Positions 1 through 9,480 of a DNA stretch of 64,000 nucleotides are shown here, in pieces. Under the pieces are notes generated by a model. That model did no database searches. It was not told the DNA's origin and saw only the letters and a list, made by a program, of their open reading frames with translations. Origin of the DNA: Myxococcota bacterium (lineage in GTDB: Bacteria; Myxococcota_A; UBA9160; SZUA-336); contig CBDFGR010000002.1 in assembly GCA_965247115.1 (NCBI GenBank), positions 288,001 through 352,000 on the forward strand, given 5' to 3'. The first letter of the stretch is position 1. The number at the start of each line of letters is the position of its first letter. A program made the translations under genes and the position numbers.

Positions 1-332
1 TCTTCCGGCTCGGAGATCACGGCGCAGCCGGCCGCCTTCGCGCGCTGGAAGTGGCGATCGATATCGTCCACGTACACGATCAGCGCCTGAGTCGCGCTGC
101 CGACTCGCTTCGGGCTGCCAATCCCGTGCGCGCCGACGCCGCCCACCATGATGCGACTGTCCACGACATCCAGCTCGGTGAGCACGATGGACCCGTCCGG
201 GTTCTCGATGCGCTCGTCCTTGCGCTCCGCGAAGCCGAAGGCACGCTCGAGGAAGGTCACGCCGCTGGCCACGTCTTCGTACGCGAGTCTCGCGACGATC
301 CGCTGGCCCCCTTCTGGCGGGTTCTGCGCCAC
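1..332 (-). CDS. VOC/glyoxalase-bleomycin resistance family protein (3' end runs off the window)
   Basis: Not in the ORF track because it is truncated. Manual translation from GTG at 332 gives MAQNPPEGGQRIVARLAYEDVASGVTFLERAFGF...LIVYVDDIDRHFQRAKAAGCAVISEPE, a typical VOC pattern. Starts 7 nt after the P450 stop. Confidence 0.85.
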   Translation of the reverse strand, partial: MAQNPPEGGQRIVARLAYEDVASGVTFLERAFGFAERKDERIENPDGSIVLTELDVVDSRIMVGGVGAHGIGSPKRVGSATQALIVYVDDIDRHFQRAKAAGCAVISEPE

Positions 333-339
333 GCGGTTC

Positions 340-1629
340 TCAGGCCTCGAGCTGGTAGCGGATCGGCATGCGCTTGACACCACCCAGGAAGCTCGAGCGG
401 ACCCGCTCTACAGGACCTGCCAGCTCGACCGAACCGAGCCTCGGGACCAGCTGGCGGAAGAGCTCGCGCAGCTCGATTCGCGCCAGGTTTGCGCCGAGAC
501 AGAAGTGCTCGCCAATGCCGAAGCCCAGGTGGGGGTTCGGATCCCGGTCGACACGGAACCGATTCGGGTCCGTGAAGATCTCCTCGTCTCGGTTCGCCGA
601 GGGATAGAACAGGCAGAGGTGCTCGCCGGCGCGGATCTTCTGACCGCGGATCTCGACGTCCTCAATCGGCGTGCGGCAGAACTGGATCACCGGGGACGTC
701 CAGCGCACGATCTCCTCCACTGCGGAGTCGATCAACCCTGGGTCGCGCCGAAGCTTCTCGAGCTCTCCCCGGTTCTCGATCAGCGCCAGCAGCCCACCGC
801 TCGCAGCATTGCGCGTCGTCTCGTTCCCCGCCACCACGAGCAGCAGGAAGTAGGAAAGCAGCTCGAGCGGGGGAAGCGGCTCCCCTTCGACGCGACCTCG
901 AACGATCACGCTCACCATGTCGTCGCGTGGCTCGGCGAGCCGCTTCTGCCCGAGCTCCGCGAAGTACTTGAACAGGGACTCGCGTGCGCGGCGCACCGTC
1001 TCGAACTGCGTCTCGCCGCCAACCTGATAATCCGGGTCCGCGGAGCCGGCGATCTGGTTCGTCCAGCGGAACATCAGCTCCCAGTCCTCACGCGGGACAC
1101 CCAGCATGTCGGCCAGCACGGAGAGGGTCAGCGGAGCGGTGACCGCATGCACGAAGTCGGCCTCACCCTCGCCTGCCGCCAGCGTATCGAGGAGCTCGCG
1201 CGTGATTCGCTCCACCTCCGCCGTCAGACGTTGGATCGCGCGCGGCGTGAACCAGCTGCTCGATACCTTGCGGTACTTCCCGTGCTCGGGCGGGTCCATG
1301 TTGAGGAGCTGCCGGATGAGACGGGGCTGACCTTCGGGTACGGCGCCCTCGCCCGCCGCCTCCGGAGGGAGCCCGCCTGTCTGGTCGGGGTCGCCGCCTA
1401 CGAGCACCGCGATCCGGGGGCCGTTTCGGAACAGCTTCGGCTGCTTCGAGATCCGCACCACGTCCTCGTACCGGGTCACCGCATAGAAGGGGTTCTGCAC
1501 ACCCTTGTCCAAGTAGAAGATGGGGGCCTCTCGGCGCAGGAGCTCCCAGGCTGCGTGCGGGTAGCCGCTCTCCGCGTAGGTATCCGGTCCGATGATGTCG
1601 ATCTCATCCAGTGTCAGCTTGTTTCCCAC
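340..1629 (-). CDS. Cytochrome P450 (CYP124/125/142-like, probably lipid or steroid substrate)
   Basis: Heme motif FGIGEHFCLG, I-helix AGNETT, ExxR (EEIVRW), MDPPEH. Confidence 0.95.
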   Translation of the reverse strand: MGNKLTLDEIDIIGPDTYAESGYPHAAWELLRREAPIFYLDKGVQNPFYAVTRYEDVVRISKQPKLFRNGPRIAVLVGGDPDQTGGLPPEAAGEGAVPEGQPRLIRQLLNMDPPEHGKYRKVSSSWFTPRAIQRLTAEVERITRELLDTLAAGEGEADFVHAVTAPLTLSVLADMLGVPREDWELMFRWTNQIAGSADPDYQVGGETQFETVRRARESLFKYFAELGQKRLAEPRDDMVSVIVRGRVEGEPLPPLELLSYFLLLVVAGNETTRNAASGGLLALIENRGELEKLRRDPGLIDSAVEEIVRWTSPVIQFCRTPIEDVEIRGQKIRAGEHLCLFYPSANRDEEIFTDPNRFRVDRDPNPHLGFGIGEHFCLGANLARIELRELFRQLVPRLGSVELAGPVERVRSSFLGGVKRMPIRYQLEA

Positions 1630-1697
1630 GCCTGCGCTCCGATTGATGAGACACTAGTGTAGCGGGTCGAGCTCATCGCCGGAGTCCTGGACTGAAC

Positions 1698-2099
1698 ATG
1701 ACGATCGGGGGCGGATGTCTGTGTGGTGCGATCCGTTTCGAGGCGAGCGCACCTCCGCGGCGCGTTACCCACTGCCACTGCAGCATGTGCCGCAAGGCCC
1801 TCGGCACGGTCGTGGCCACTTTCGCAACGTTCGAGAGCGACGCCGTCCGCTGGCTCCGGGAGCCCGCCCGCTACGACTCGAGCGAGCGCGGCTGGCGTGG
1901 CTTCTGCTCGACCTGCGGATCGAGCGTCTGCTTCGGCTTCAACCCCCGCCCCGAGCGCATCTACATCGCGCTCGGGATCTTCGACGATCCTGCCGAGTTC
2001 CCAGCTGGCTTCCACGACTACCGCGACGAGAAACTCAGCTGGCTACACATTGACGAAAAGCTCCCCGACGCCAGTACCGCGCGAGATCGAGCCTCCTAA
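1698..2099 (+). CDS. GFA (glutathione-dependent formaldehyde-activating/CENP-V) family protein
   Basis: GGCLCGAIRF, CHCSMCRK and FCSTCGS zinc motifs. Confidence 0.92.
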   Translation: MTIGGGCLCGAIRFEASAPPRRVTHCHCSMCRKALGTVVATFATFESDAVRWLREPARYDSSERGWRGFCSTCGSSVCFGFNPRPERIYIALGIFDDPAEFPAGFHDYRDEKLSWLHIDEKLPDASTARDRAS

Positions 2100-2284
2100 G
2101 CTAACGGCAGCTCGGTCCCAGGCAGCCGAGGAGTCGAGCGCCATGGGCCAGGCCAGTGGTCCACCGTGTCCACGCTCCCGAGGCTGAACGCAGGACGGGC
2201 TGGCCCACGGCTTGAAGAGGCTCGCGGGTATCCCGGTCGTGTTCTCGGCCTAGACGGGCTGCGGCGCGAGCTCATCACCACGCC

Positions 2285-3373
2285 CTACCCCCGGTCACTC
2301 GGGCGTGTCGACGTCGAACGTCCCCCGGGGGACGTTGTCTTCCCTCGCGAAGCGCGCCATGTGCTCAGAGCCGTAGTCGCCGCATAGTGGTTGTGGCCCC
2401 AGCAGCGGAGCTCGATCTGCTCGATCGAGTGCCGCTTCGACCTGGCCCACGGATCCAGATGGTGGTACTCGAGGAAGTCCCGCGAGGCGCAGCGACGACC
2501 GTTTCGCCCTGCGAACGCACAGCGACCTTCGTCCCGTTCGAAGACCGCCCGCTTGATCTCCGCCGGAATATGCCGAGAAGCCGTTCCGGCCTTCCGCGAC
2601 GCCCCTGATCGAGTTCGAGGTCTCGACGTCAGCGCGAATTTCTTCCGCTTCGTGTCCTCGACCAGCAGGGTGAGAGCTCGATCGAAGATTTCCGAGAGAT
2701 CGCCACAAGGAACCTGGTGGCGGAGCAGTGCCTGCGCCTCCCGAAGCTTGTCGCACAGCGCCTGGCTGGCGGTGAACTGGATCTTGAAGCGCTTGCCGCC
2801 CAACGGGCTCGGGTCAGGATTCTGTGCGCGGCGCGGCACCTGACCCGAGGGAGCGGACCCAAAGCTCCTAGTCCCCGTCCCGGGCGTTGACCCGGCGATC
2901 TCCGAAGGCACACGGCCAGCAGAGACCTGCCTGCGTTCGGGGAGCTGCCTGACTCGTGGCGGCACGTCTGGCTTCGGAGCGCGATCCGCCAGGAGCGCTT
3001 CGATCGCACGCTTGCTCTTGTGGCGCGCCAGATCGAGCAGCTCCTCATGATTCTCCGGGGTGAGCACAGGGGCGAGCAAGCTGAGTCCCGCCACATGGAG
3101 CTCACCCTTGCGAAGCCTCTCGAATACGGCGGGATAGGTACGCGCGGCTCGAGCCGCGTGGATCCTGTGGCGGGCCCTCGCCTCCGAGAAGTGAAGCACC
3201 TCCGTGCAGTAGCAATACATGGACGGGCAGCCCTGTTCGAGATAGAGCCTGCGGTGATCGACCTCCGCAATGTACGCGAGCAACTCCGCCTCGTTGAGAT
3301 GACTCTTCACAACGAGCTCGTCGAGTCCCCGGAGCAGCTTCTGGTCGGAGATTGTCTTGAGAGAAATTTTCAT
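2285..3373 (-). CDS. DUF222-like N-terminus + C-terminal HNH endonuclease; probably frameshifted near the 3' end
   Basis: N-terminal LLAYIAEVDHRRLYLEQGCPSMYCYCTEVLHFSE; C-terminal RHIPAEIKRAVFERDEGRCAF...C...LEYHH...LRCWGHN. The family-like tail DYGSEHMARF is in another frame (ORF 2295..2756). Confidence 0.85.
   Translation of the reverse strand: MKISLKTISDQKLLRGLDELVVKSHLNEAELLAYIAEVDHRRLYLEQGCPSMYCYCTEVLHFSEARARHRIHAARAARTYPAVFERLRKGELHVAGLSLLAPVLTPENHEELLDLARHKSKRAIEALLADRAPKPDVPPRVRQLPERRQVSAGRVPSEIAGSTPGTGTRSFGSAPSGQVPRRAQNPDPSPLGGKRFKIQFTASQALCDKLREAQALLRHQVPCGDLSEIFDRALTLLVEDTKRKKFALTSRPRTRSGASRKAGTASRHIPAEIKRAVFERDEGRCAFAGRNGRRCASRDFLEYHHLDPWARSKRHSIEQIELRCWGHNHYAATTALSTWRASRGKTTSPGGRSTSTRPSDRG
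2317..2336. repeat. Perfect 20-bp palindrome AACGTCCCCCGGGGGACGTT
   Basis: Read directly; lies in the 3' end of the HNH gene. Confidence 0.95.
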
Positions 3374-3634
3374 GTGATTGTCTTTTGTTTCGGGACCGAG
3401 TAGAGGTGAAGACCGAACAATAGCACGTCGCTTTTCGGTGTCGGAGGATCGCCCACGTGAAGCGATCGAACTCGACCGAGACTCCGGGAACAGAATTCAG
3501 GCGAACGACGTGCAGACGGCAGACACCGCGGCGACGCAGGAACTCCGGGTACGGAACTCGGACCGTTTCGTTTTGGTTCTCGAAACCTGTCAAGGGCTTT
3601 GTTGCACTTTCGGGAAGAAACAGAGACTCGGAAC

Positions 3635-3654
3635 AACTGCCCCCGGGGGCAGTT
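3635..3654. repeat. Perfect 20-bp palindrome AACTGCCCCCGGGGGCAGTT
   Basis: Read directly; about 260 nt upstream of the HNH start; a covarying sibling of 2317..2336. Confidence 0.95.
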
Positions 3655-3690
3655 CGAGCACGAGGGTGGAGCGGACATGACGCCGGGCTG

Positions 3691-4481
3691 TCAGCGACTT
3701 CTCTGCCGTTGCATCGAGTACAGGATCGCGCCGAATATTGCCCAGCCGAGCACCATGGCCCACTCGTAGGGCCACACCAGTGCCGAGGGGCTCCAGGGCA
3801 GATAGATGCAGAAGAGGCCGGTGGACATGAGGAGCGCGATCCAGCCGACGAGCCGTCCATGGCGCAGGCGAAACGGGCGAGGCATGTCGGGCTCGCGGTG
3901 GCGCAGTACCAGGAACGCCAGAGCCACCATGCCGTATGCGATCACGATTGCGAAGCTCCCCGCGTCGATCAGCCACACGAGAATCGTGCGACCGAACAGC
4001 GGGGACACACACGACAGTCCTCCGATCAGCAACACGCCAACGTACGGCGTGCGGTACCTCGGGTGTAGACGCGCAAAGGCCCGCGGCAGCATGCCGGAGT
4101 GCCCGAGCGCATAGAGCACCCGGCTGCCGCCGATGATGAAGGCATTCCAGCTGGACAGGATTCCCCCCAGACCCCCGACGACGAGCAGCTTCCCGGCCCA
4201 GGCTCCGCCCCAGACCAGCGCGGTAGCGTCCGCCGTCGCCATACGGCTCCCCGCCAACGCCGTCGGATTCCTCCGGCCCTCGGCATGGCCGAGGCCAGCT
4301 CTGCATACGCGAGCCCGATGAACACGACCGCGGTACCGCCAATGCCGAACGCGATGACTGTGCCCGCGTTCAGGAGCCATTCCCCTGTGAGCAGGACCCA
4401 GCTCCACCCGATCATCGCGCCAAAGGCGAGCGTCAGGACTTCGCGACGGCGGAGCACGCGAACGAAGTGGGCGTCGGACAT
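3691..4481 (-). pseudogene. APC-family amino acid permease pseudogene (large internal deletion + frameshift)
   Basis: The N-terminus (LAFGAMIGWSW...YAELASAMPRAGG) is in one frame and joins at about 4270 to the C-terminal half (SWNAFIIGGSRVLYALG..LP..FARLHPRYRTP...PRPFR) in another. The middle TM helices are missing. Confidence 0.85.
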
Positions 4482-4505
4482 TTCGCCGGGGGATGGTATG
4501 ACAGA

Positions 4506-6356
4506 ATGGCCGATCGGATCGCCCTACCTGCCGCCAGCCGGGAGCCTCGAGTGATCGAACGCTTGACCGCACGAGACGAGTGGAAGTTCTTCGGAGTCTT
4601 GCCGCTGGCGGATCGCGCGCTCGCCAGCGCCTGGTGGACGCTGCTCGGGCTGCGGGGCCTGCTCCCCGCTCTGTTCGCGATCGCCATGGGTGTACTGGTC
4701 GGCGCCGTACAGCGGGGCGACGACCTGGCCGTTCCACTCGCGTGGGTCGGCAGCGTGTTCGTACTGCTGCAGGTACTGGCTCCTCTGCACGACGCGACCG
4801 GCGCGAACCTTGGCAGCAGAACCGCCGCCTGGCTCTACGACAAGCTCACCAGCGCCTGCGTACGCCCGCCCGGAATGGGCCATCTCGAGAACCCAGAGCT
4901 CACCACTGACCTCACGATGGGCCGGGACTTCGACCTGGGCATCAGCGGACCACCGCTGGCGATCTCCATGAACTTCATCGCCGGCGGCCTGGTGCAGATG
5001 TTGGGCGGGCTCGCCTCCGCAGTCGTCCTGGTCGCGTATACCTGGTGGGCACCCCTGCTGCTCGCCGGTGCCTGGCTCTCCACACACTGGCTGTTGCGCG
5101 AGAGCGGAGTCTGGCGCGACCGCAATACGGAGGAGGTCCGGGGGGCCCAGCGCCACGCGGACTACGCCTACCGCCTCGCCGTCGATCCACCCGCCGCAAA
5201 GGAGCTGCGCCTGTTCGGTCTGGCGGGATGGACTGTCGAACGCTTCCGCAGGCAGCGTCGTCTCCTCTTCGACCTTCGCTGGGAGGCCACGCGGCTGCGG
5301 GAGCGCCCCGTGCTGTGGTGCCTGCTCCTTGTTCTCGGGGCGAACCTGCTGCTGTTCTGGTCGCTGGCCCTGTCCGCTGCCGAGGGAGTCCTCGCACTCG
5401 ACCGCATGGTCACCTTTGCGAGCGCCGCCATCAGCACGAGCATGATCGGCTTCGGCGGCCTCTCCTGGGCACTCGACGGGGCAGCGGCGCCCACCGGCGC
5501 CGTGCTGCGGCTGCAGCGAGCGATGGACCCGGCCGGAGCGCTCGTCATCGGTCGGGCGTCGGCGGACGGAATGCCAGCGCGCGAGATCCGCTTCCGCGAC
5601 GTCCGCTTCGCCTACCCGACCACGGGAGTGGCCGTCCTCGAGGGCTTCGACCTCACCATTCCCGCTGGCTCGTCGCTCGCCATCGTCGGACAGAACGGCG
5701 CAGGGAAAACAACGCTCGCGAAGCTGCTGTGTCGGCTGTACGACCCGGAGGCAGGCGCAATCGAGGTGGACGGCGTCGACCTCCGGACGCTCGAGCTGGA
5801 GTCCTGGCGGTCGCGCCTGGCCGCCGTGTTCCAGGACTTTGTCCGCTTCGAGCTTCCCCTGCGGGACAACGTGGCGCCATCGGGCGCACCCGATGCTGTG
5901 ATCCTGGCCGCTCTGACCGAGGCCGGTGCCACCGACTTCGCCGACCTCGATACCGTGCTCGCGCGGGGCTACCCGGGTGGTACCGAGCTCTCCGGTGGAC
6001 AGTGGCAGCGCGTCGCGCTGGCCCGAGCGCTGTGCGAGGTGCGGCTCGGGGCGGGTGTCGTGTTGCTGGACGAGCCCACGGCGCAGCTCGACGTGCGCGG
6101 AGAGGCCGAGATCTTCGACCGCATCCTCGCGGCAACGCGCCACACGACGACGATCCTGGTCTCACACCGCTTCTCCACCGTGCGACATGCGGACCGTATC
6201 TGCGTTCTGCACGGTGGCCAGGTGGTCGAGCTCGGCACGCACGACGAGCTGATGGCGGCCGGAGGCCGCTACAAGATGATGTTCGAGCTGCAGGCTTCGC
6301 GCTTTGCCGACGGCGGCGATGACGAGGAAGACATTGAGCTCGATGTCCTCGAGTAG
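4506..6356 (+). CDS. ABC exporter, fused TMD-NBD (heterodimer subunit 1)
   Basis: Walker A GQNGAGKT, LSGGQ, LLDEPT, SHR H-loop; hydrophobic N-terminal half. Start uncertain (4467/4506/4551). Confidence 0.93.
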   Translation: MADRIALPAASREPRVIERLTARDEWKFFGVLPLADRALASAWWTLLGLRGLLPALFAIAMGVLVGAVQRGDDLAVPLAWVGSVFVLLQVLAPLHDATGANLGSRTAAWLYDKLTSACVRPPGMGHLENPELTTDLTMGRDFDLGISGPPLAISMNFIAGGLVQMLGGLASAVVLVAYTWWAPLLLAGAWLSTHWLLRESGVWRDRNTEEVRGAQRHADYAYRLAVDPPAAKELRLFGLAGWTVERFRRQRRLLFDLRWEATRLRERPVLWCLLLVLGANLLLFWSLALSAAEGVLALDRMVTFASAAISTSMIGFGGLSWALDGAAAPTGAVLRLQRAMDPAGALVIGRASADGMPAREIRFRDVRFAYPTTGVAVLEGFDLTIPAGSSLAIVGQNGAGKTTLAKLLCRLYDPEAGAIEVDGVDLRTLELESWRSRLAAVFQDFVRFELPLRDNVAPSGAPDAVILAALTEAGATDFADLDTVLARGYPGGTELSGGQWQRVALARALCEVRLGAGVVLLDEPTAQLDVRGEAEIFDRILAATRHTTTILVSHRFSTVRHADRICVLHGGQVVELGTHDELMAAGGRYKMMFELQASRFADGGDDEEDIELDVLE

Positions 6357-8142
6357 CGACATGCCGGCCGCGCTGCCCGCGATGTGGCGAGCGCTCAAGC
6401 GCGGCTACGAGGCCGAGCCGTTGTTGCTCTCCGTGGCCTTTGGCCTGTCGCTCCTCGCCGCATTGCCGGACGCGTTGCTGGCGCTGTGGCTCAAGTTCCT
6501 TGCAGACGGCGTGCTCGAGGCAGACCGAGGACTCGTCATGATGGCGGCCATCGGGCTGGGTGCTTCGGCTGCGGCGACCTGGTTCCTGAACGTCATCAGC
6601 GACCGCACGCAGCGCCGCGTCCGCGAGAGGGTGACCATCGCCCTCGAGTCCCATGTAGCCGGGCTCCAGGCCTCCGTCGCAACCGTCGAGCATCACGAGA
6701 GGCCCGAGTACCTCGATCGGCTTGCGGTACTGCGCGACCAGGTCTTCGTGCTCGACCACATGTACATGTCGCTGTTCACGACGTGCGGTTGGATCCTGCG
6801 GCTCGGCGTCACGATCGCACTGCTCATGTCGATCCATCCTGCACTGGCTTTCCTCGCCGGCTTCGCGCTACCCACCGTGCTGACCTCGACGTGGCGGCCG
6901 GCAGTGGAGCGCGCGGCCGAGGAGCGGGGCGCCGCCGCGAACCGCCTTGCACGTCATCTGTTCGACACGGCCACCACTGCGCCACCCGGCAAGGAGGTGC
7001 GCGTGACGCAGATCGGCGATCGTCTCGTATCGGGGCGTCGCGAGGCGTGGGAGCGCTGGTACGGACCCGTTGCTGCCGCGCGCTGGGGCAGTGCGGTCTG
7101 GCACACCATGGGGTGGGCACTCTTCGGGGCTGCATACGTGGGGGCGGTAGTGTTCGTGGCCTGGGGTCTCCAGGCGACGCCGGGCGCCGTGCTGCTCGTA
7201 CTGGCGGCGGGCTCGCGCCTGTCGGCCTACATCGGCGCGACCGTTGGGGAGATCGGCTTCCTGCGTGGAACCTGGATGGACGGTTCCATGCGCATGGCGT
7301 GGCTCGAGGATTACGCCGCAGCGCTGCTCGAGAACGCCGACGCCGCAGTTCCCTCACGCCTGACAGACGGCATCCGCTTCGAGCACGTGTCGTTCGCCTA
7401 TCCCGGCACCGATCGGCGGGTGCTCGACGACGTGAACCTGGAGATCGAGGCCGGCTCCGTCGTAGCCATCGTCGGAGAGAACGGCGCAGGGAAGACGACG
7501 CTCGTAAAGCTCCTGTGCCGTCTCTACCAGCCCATCGAGGGACGCATTCTGGTCGACGGCGCCGAGCTCGCGCGCATGCCCGTGGACGCCTGGCGAGAGC
7601 GACTGGCGGGAGCGTTTCAGGACTTCTTCCGCTTCGAGTTCCGCGCCCGCCATAGCGTCGGCCTGGGGGACGTGCTGCGGCTGGACGACGAGCCCGCAGT
7701 CAACGTGGCTGTCGATCGGGCCGGCGCGGAGGACGTCGTAAAGCAGCTGCTCTCCGGACTCGAGACGCAGCTCGGCCCGACCTGGCCCGACGGGGTGGAA
7801 ATCAGCTTTGGCCAGTGGCAGAAGCTGGCGCTCGCACGGGGCTTCATGCGCGATCGCCCATTGCTGCTCGTACTCGACGAGCCCACGGCGGCGCTCGACG
7901 CGGAGACGGAGCACGCACTTTTCGAGCGCTACGCGGCCGCCGCGCGCGGTGGCACCGAGGAAGCACCGGACGGCCGCATCACGATCCTGGTCTCCCACCG
8001 CTTCAGCACCGTGCGTATGGCAGACACCATCGTCGTTCTCGACGGCGCGCAAGTCGTCGAGGTCGGCAGCCACGAACAGCTGATCGCCGCCAACGGACAG
8101 TACGCGAGCCTGTACGAGATCCAGGCGGCGGCCTACCGATGA
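6343..8142 (+). CDS. ABC exporter, fused TMD-NBD (heterodimer subunit 2)
   Basis: GENGAGKT, degenerate signature ISFGQ, LDEPT, SHR; overlaps the end of subunit 1. Confidence 0.93.
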   Translation: MSSSSDMPAALPAMWRALKRGYEAEPLLLSVAFGLSLLAALPDALLALWLKFLADGVLEADRGLVMMAAIGLGASAAATWFLNVISDRTQRRVRERVTIALESHVAGLQASVATVEHHERPEYLDRLAVLRDQVFVLDHMYMSLFTTCGWILRLGVTIALLMSIHPALAFLAGFALPTVLTSTWRPAVERAAEERGAAANRLARHLFDTATTAPPGKEVRVTQIGDRLVSGRREAWERWYGPVAAARWGSAVWHTMGWALFGAAYVGAVVFVAWGLQATPGAVLLVLAAGSRLSAYIGATVGEIGFLRGTWMDGSMRMAWLEDYAAALLENADAAVPSRLTDGIRFEHVSFAYPGTDRRVLDDVNLEIEAGSVVAIVGENGAGKTTLVKLLCRLYQPIEGRILVDGAELARMPVDAWRERLAGAFQDFFRFEFRARHSVGLGDVLRLDDEPAVNVAVDRAGAEDVVKQLLSGLETQLGPTWPDGVEISFGQWQKLALARGFMRDRPLLLVLDEPTAALDAETEHALFERYAAAARGGTEEAPDGRITILVSHRFSTVRMADTIVVLDGAQVVEVGSHEQLIAANGQYASLYEIQAAAYR

Positions 8143-8158
8143 GGAGGAATTCGCGCCG

Positions 8159-8986
8159 ATGAGGCTCCCGGTCGAAGACGCGTGGCAGCGCGACGTCCAC
8201 CATCTGAGAAGACCGGACGTAGATCGCGATTACCAGCTGTGGGTCGCGACCTCGCCGCACTACACCGCTGGAGACTCGAGCCACTCGCTGGTGCTCTGCC
8301 TGGACGCCCACTGGACCTGGGGCACGGCCCTGGACGTGGCTCGCATCCTGGGCTTAGGGCGAGAGCTGCCCGATCTGATCGTGGCCGGTCTCACCTATGC
8401 GACCGACGACTGGCGCCAGATCGTGCAGTTCCGGGCGATGGACCTCACCGTGACCGCCGTCGACGCACCGCCCGAGACGGGTGTCCGCGTTCCCGGCGAC
8501 CAGCTGGGCGGCGCCGAGCCGTTCCAGCGCTGGCTCGAGGGCAGCGTGATCCCACTCCTGCGCGATCGCTATCGCGTGGCAGACCTGACGCTGCTCGGTC
8601 ACTCGTTCACGGCGCTATTCGGCCTGCACGTGCTGCTCACCACCCCCGAGGCGTACGGCCGCTACCTGCTGGCGAGCCCCTCGGTCTGGTGGGACGACGG
8701 GATCATGTTCTCACGGGTCGACGAGGCTGCCGAGCGACGAACGGATCTCCCCGCAGAGGTGTTCATGTCGAGCGGGGGTCTCGAGACCGGTCCCATGGCC
8801 CGTCACGAGGAGCTCTCGGAGCATCTGGCCTCGAAGAACTTCGCCGGGCTCCGGCAGACCTTCGTGCACTTCCCGGACGAGCACCACAACTCGGTCGTCA
8901 ACGCGGCCATCTCCCGTGGCCTTCGCGTGCTGTTCGCAGGACATGGAGCGGCGCGGCGCGAGAAGAGCCGGATCAACCACCCATGA
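8159..8986 (+). CDS. Alpha/beta hydrolase (IroE/BesA-like putative esterase)
   Basis: GGAEPF...GHSFTALF...ASPSVWW...FPDEHHNSV pattern. Confidence 0.85.
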   Translation: MRLPVEDAWQRDVHHLRRPDVDRDYQLWVATSPHYTAGDSSHSLVLCLDAHWTWGTALDVARILGLGRELPDLIVAGLTYATDDWRQIVQFRAMDLTVTAVDAPPETGVRVPGDQLGGAEPFQRWLEGSVIPLLRDRYRVADLTLLGHSFTALFGLHVLLTTPEAYGRYLLASPSVWWDDGIMFSRVDEAAERRTDLPAEVFMSSGGLETGPMARHEELSEHLASKNFAGLRQTFVHFPDEHHNSVVNAAISRGLRVLFAGHGAARREKSRINHP

Positions 8987-9347
8987 TGAACGCGACCAGC
9001 TTGTTGCCGTCGAGATCGCGGAAATAGCCGCCGTAGAAGCCCCCGTCGCCGCGCGGCCCTGGGGCCCCTTCGTCCGTGCCGCCGAGCTCGAGAGCCTTGG
9101 CGTGCAGCTTCGCCGCGTTCTCCTTGGAACCCGCCGCAAGGGCCACCATGGGCCCGTTTCCCGAGACGGCAGCCTTCTCATCCCAGGGTTTGCAGACTGC
9201 GAGCATCGGGGCGCCAGGCTTGGACCCCCACATGATCAACCGCTCGTTGACCATGACCCGCTTCGCGCCGAGCTCGCCGAGCAGCGCGTCGTAGAACGCC
9301 CCGGCGCGCTCGAGGTCTTTCGTACCTAGTGTCACATAGCCGATCAT
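8973..9347 (-). CDS. VOC family protein
   Basis: MIGYVTLGTKDLERAGAFYD...GNGPMVAL...DEGAPGPR...YFRDLDGNKL; SD AAGGAG upstream. Confidence 0.92.
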   Translation of the reverse strand: MIGYVTLGTKDLERAGAFYDALLGELGAKRVMVNERLIMWGSKPGAPMLAVCKPWDEKAAVSGNGPMVALAAGSKENAAKLHAKALELGGTDEGAPGPRGDGGFYGGYFRDLDGNKLVAFIMGG

Positions 9348-9480
9348 CTTGACTCCTTCCGTCTTCCTGCAGTCGGTCTCTCGCGCCGGACTATACCACG
9401 CTCTTGTGGGACTCTCTGGTCGAGCGACCCGTCTGGAGCGGCTCGCAAGTCCGAGCGGCGACCTGTTAGGGTGCTTCGGA

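Noticed and set aside
148..1662. Long antisense ORFs (for example 148..1662, 4524..6143, 9466..11202, 23498..24907, 50067..52511, 55848..57347)
   Set aside because: Shadow frames opposite well-supported genes; expected in high-GC DNA; no motifs.
1645..1677. ACACTAGTGT palindrome within GATGAG...CTCATC between divergent genes
   Set aside because: Too short to distinguish from chance without comparative data.
9348..9480. Possible ZTP or THF riboswitch upstream of fhs
   Set aside because: Only GAGCGACCC resembles the ZTP motif; the GACTGGCG and CCTGGGC elements are absent.
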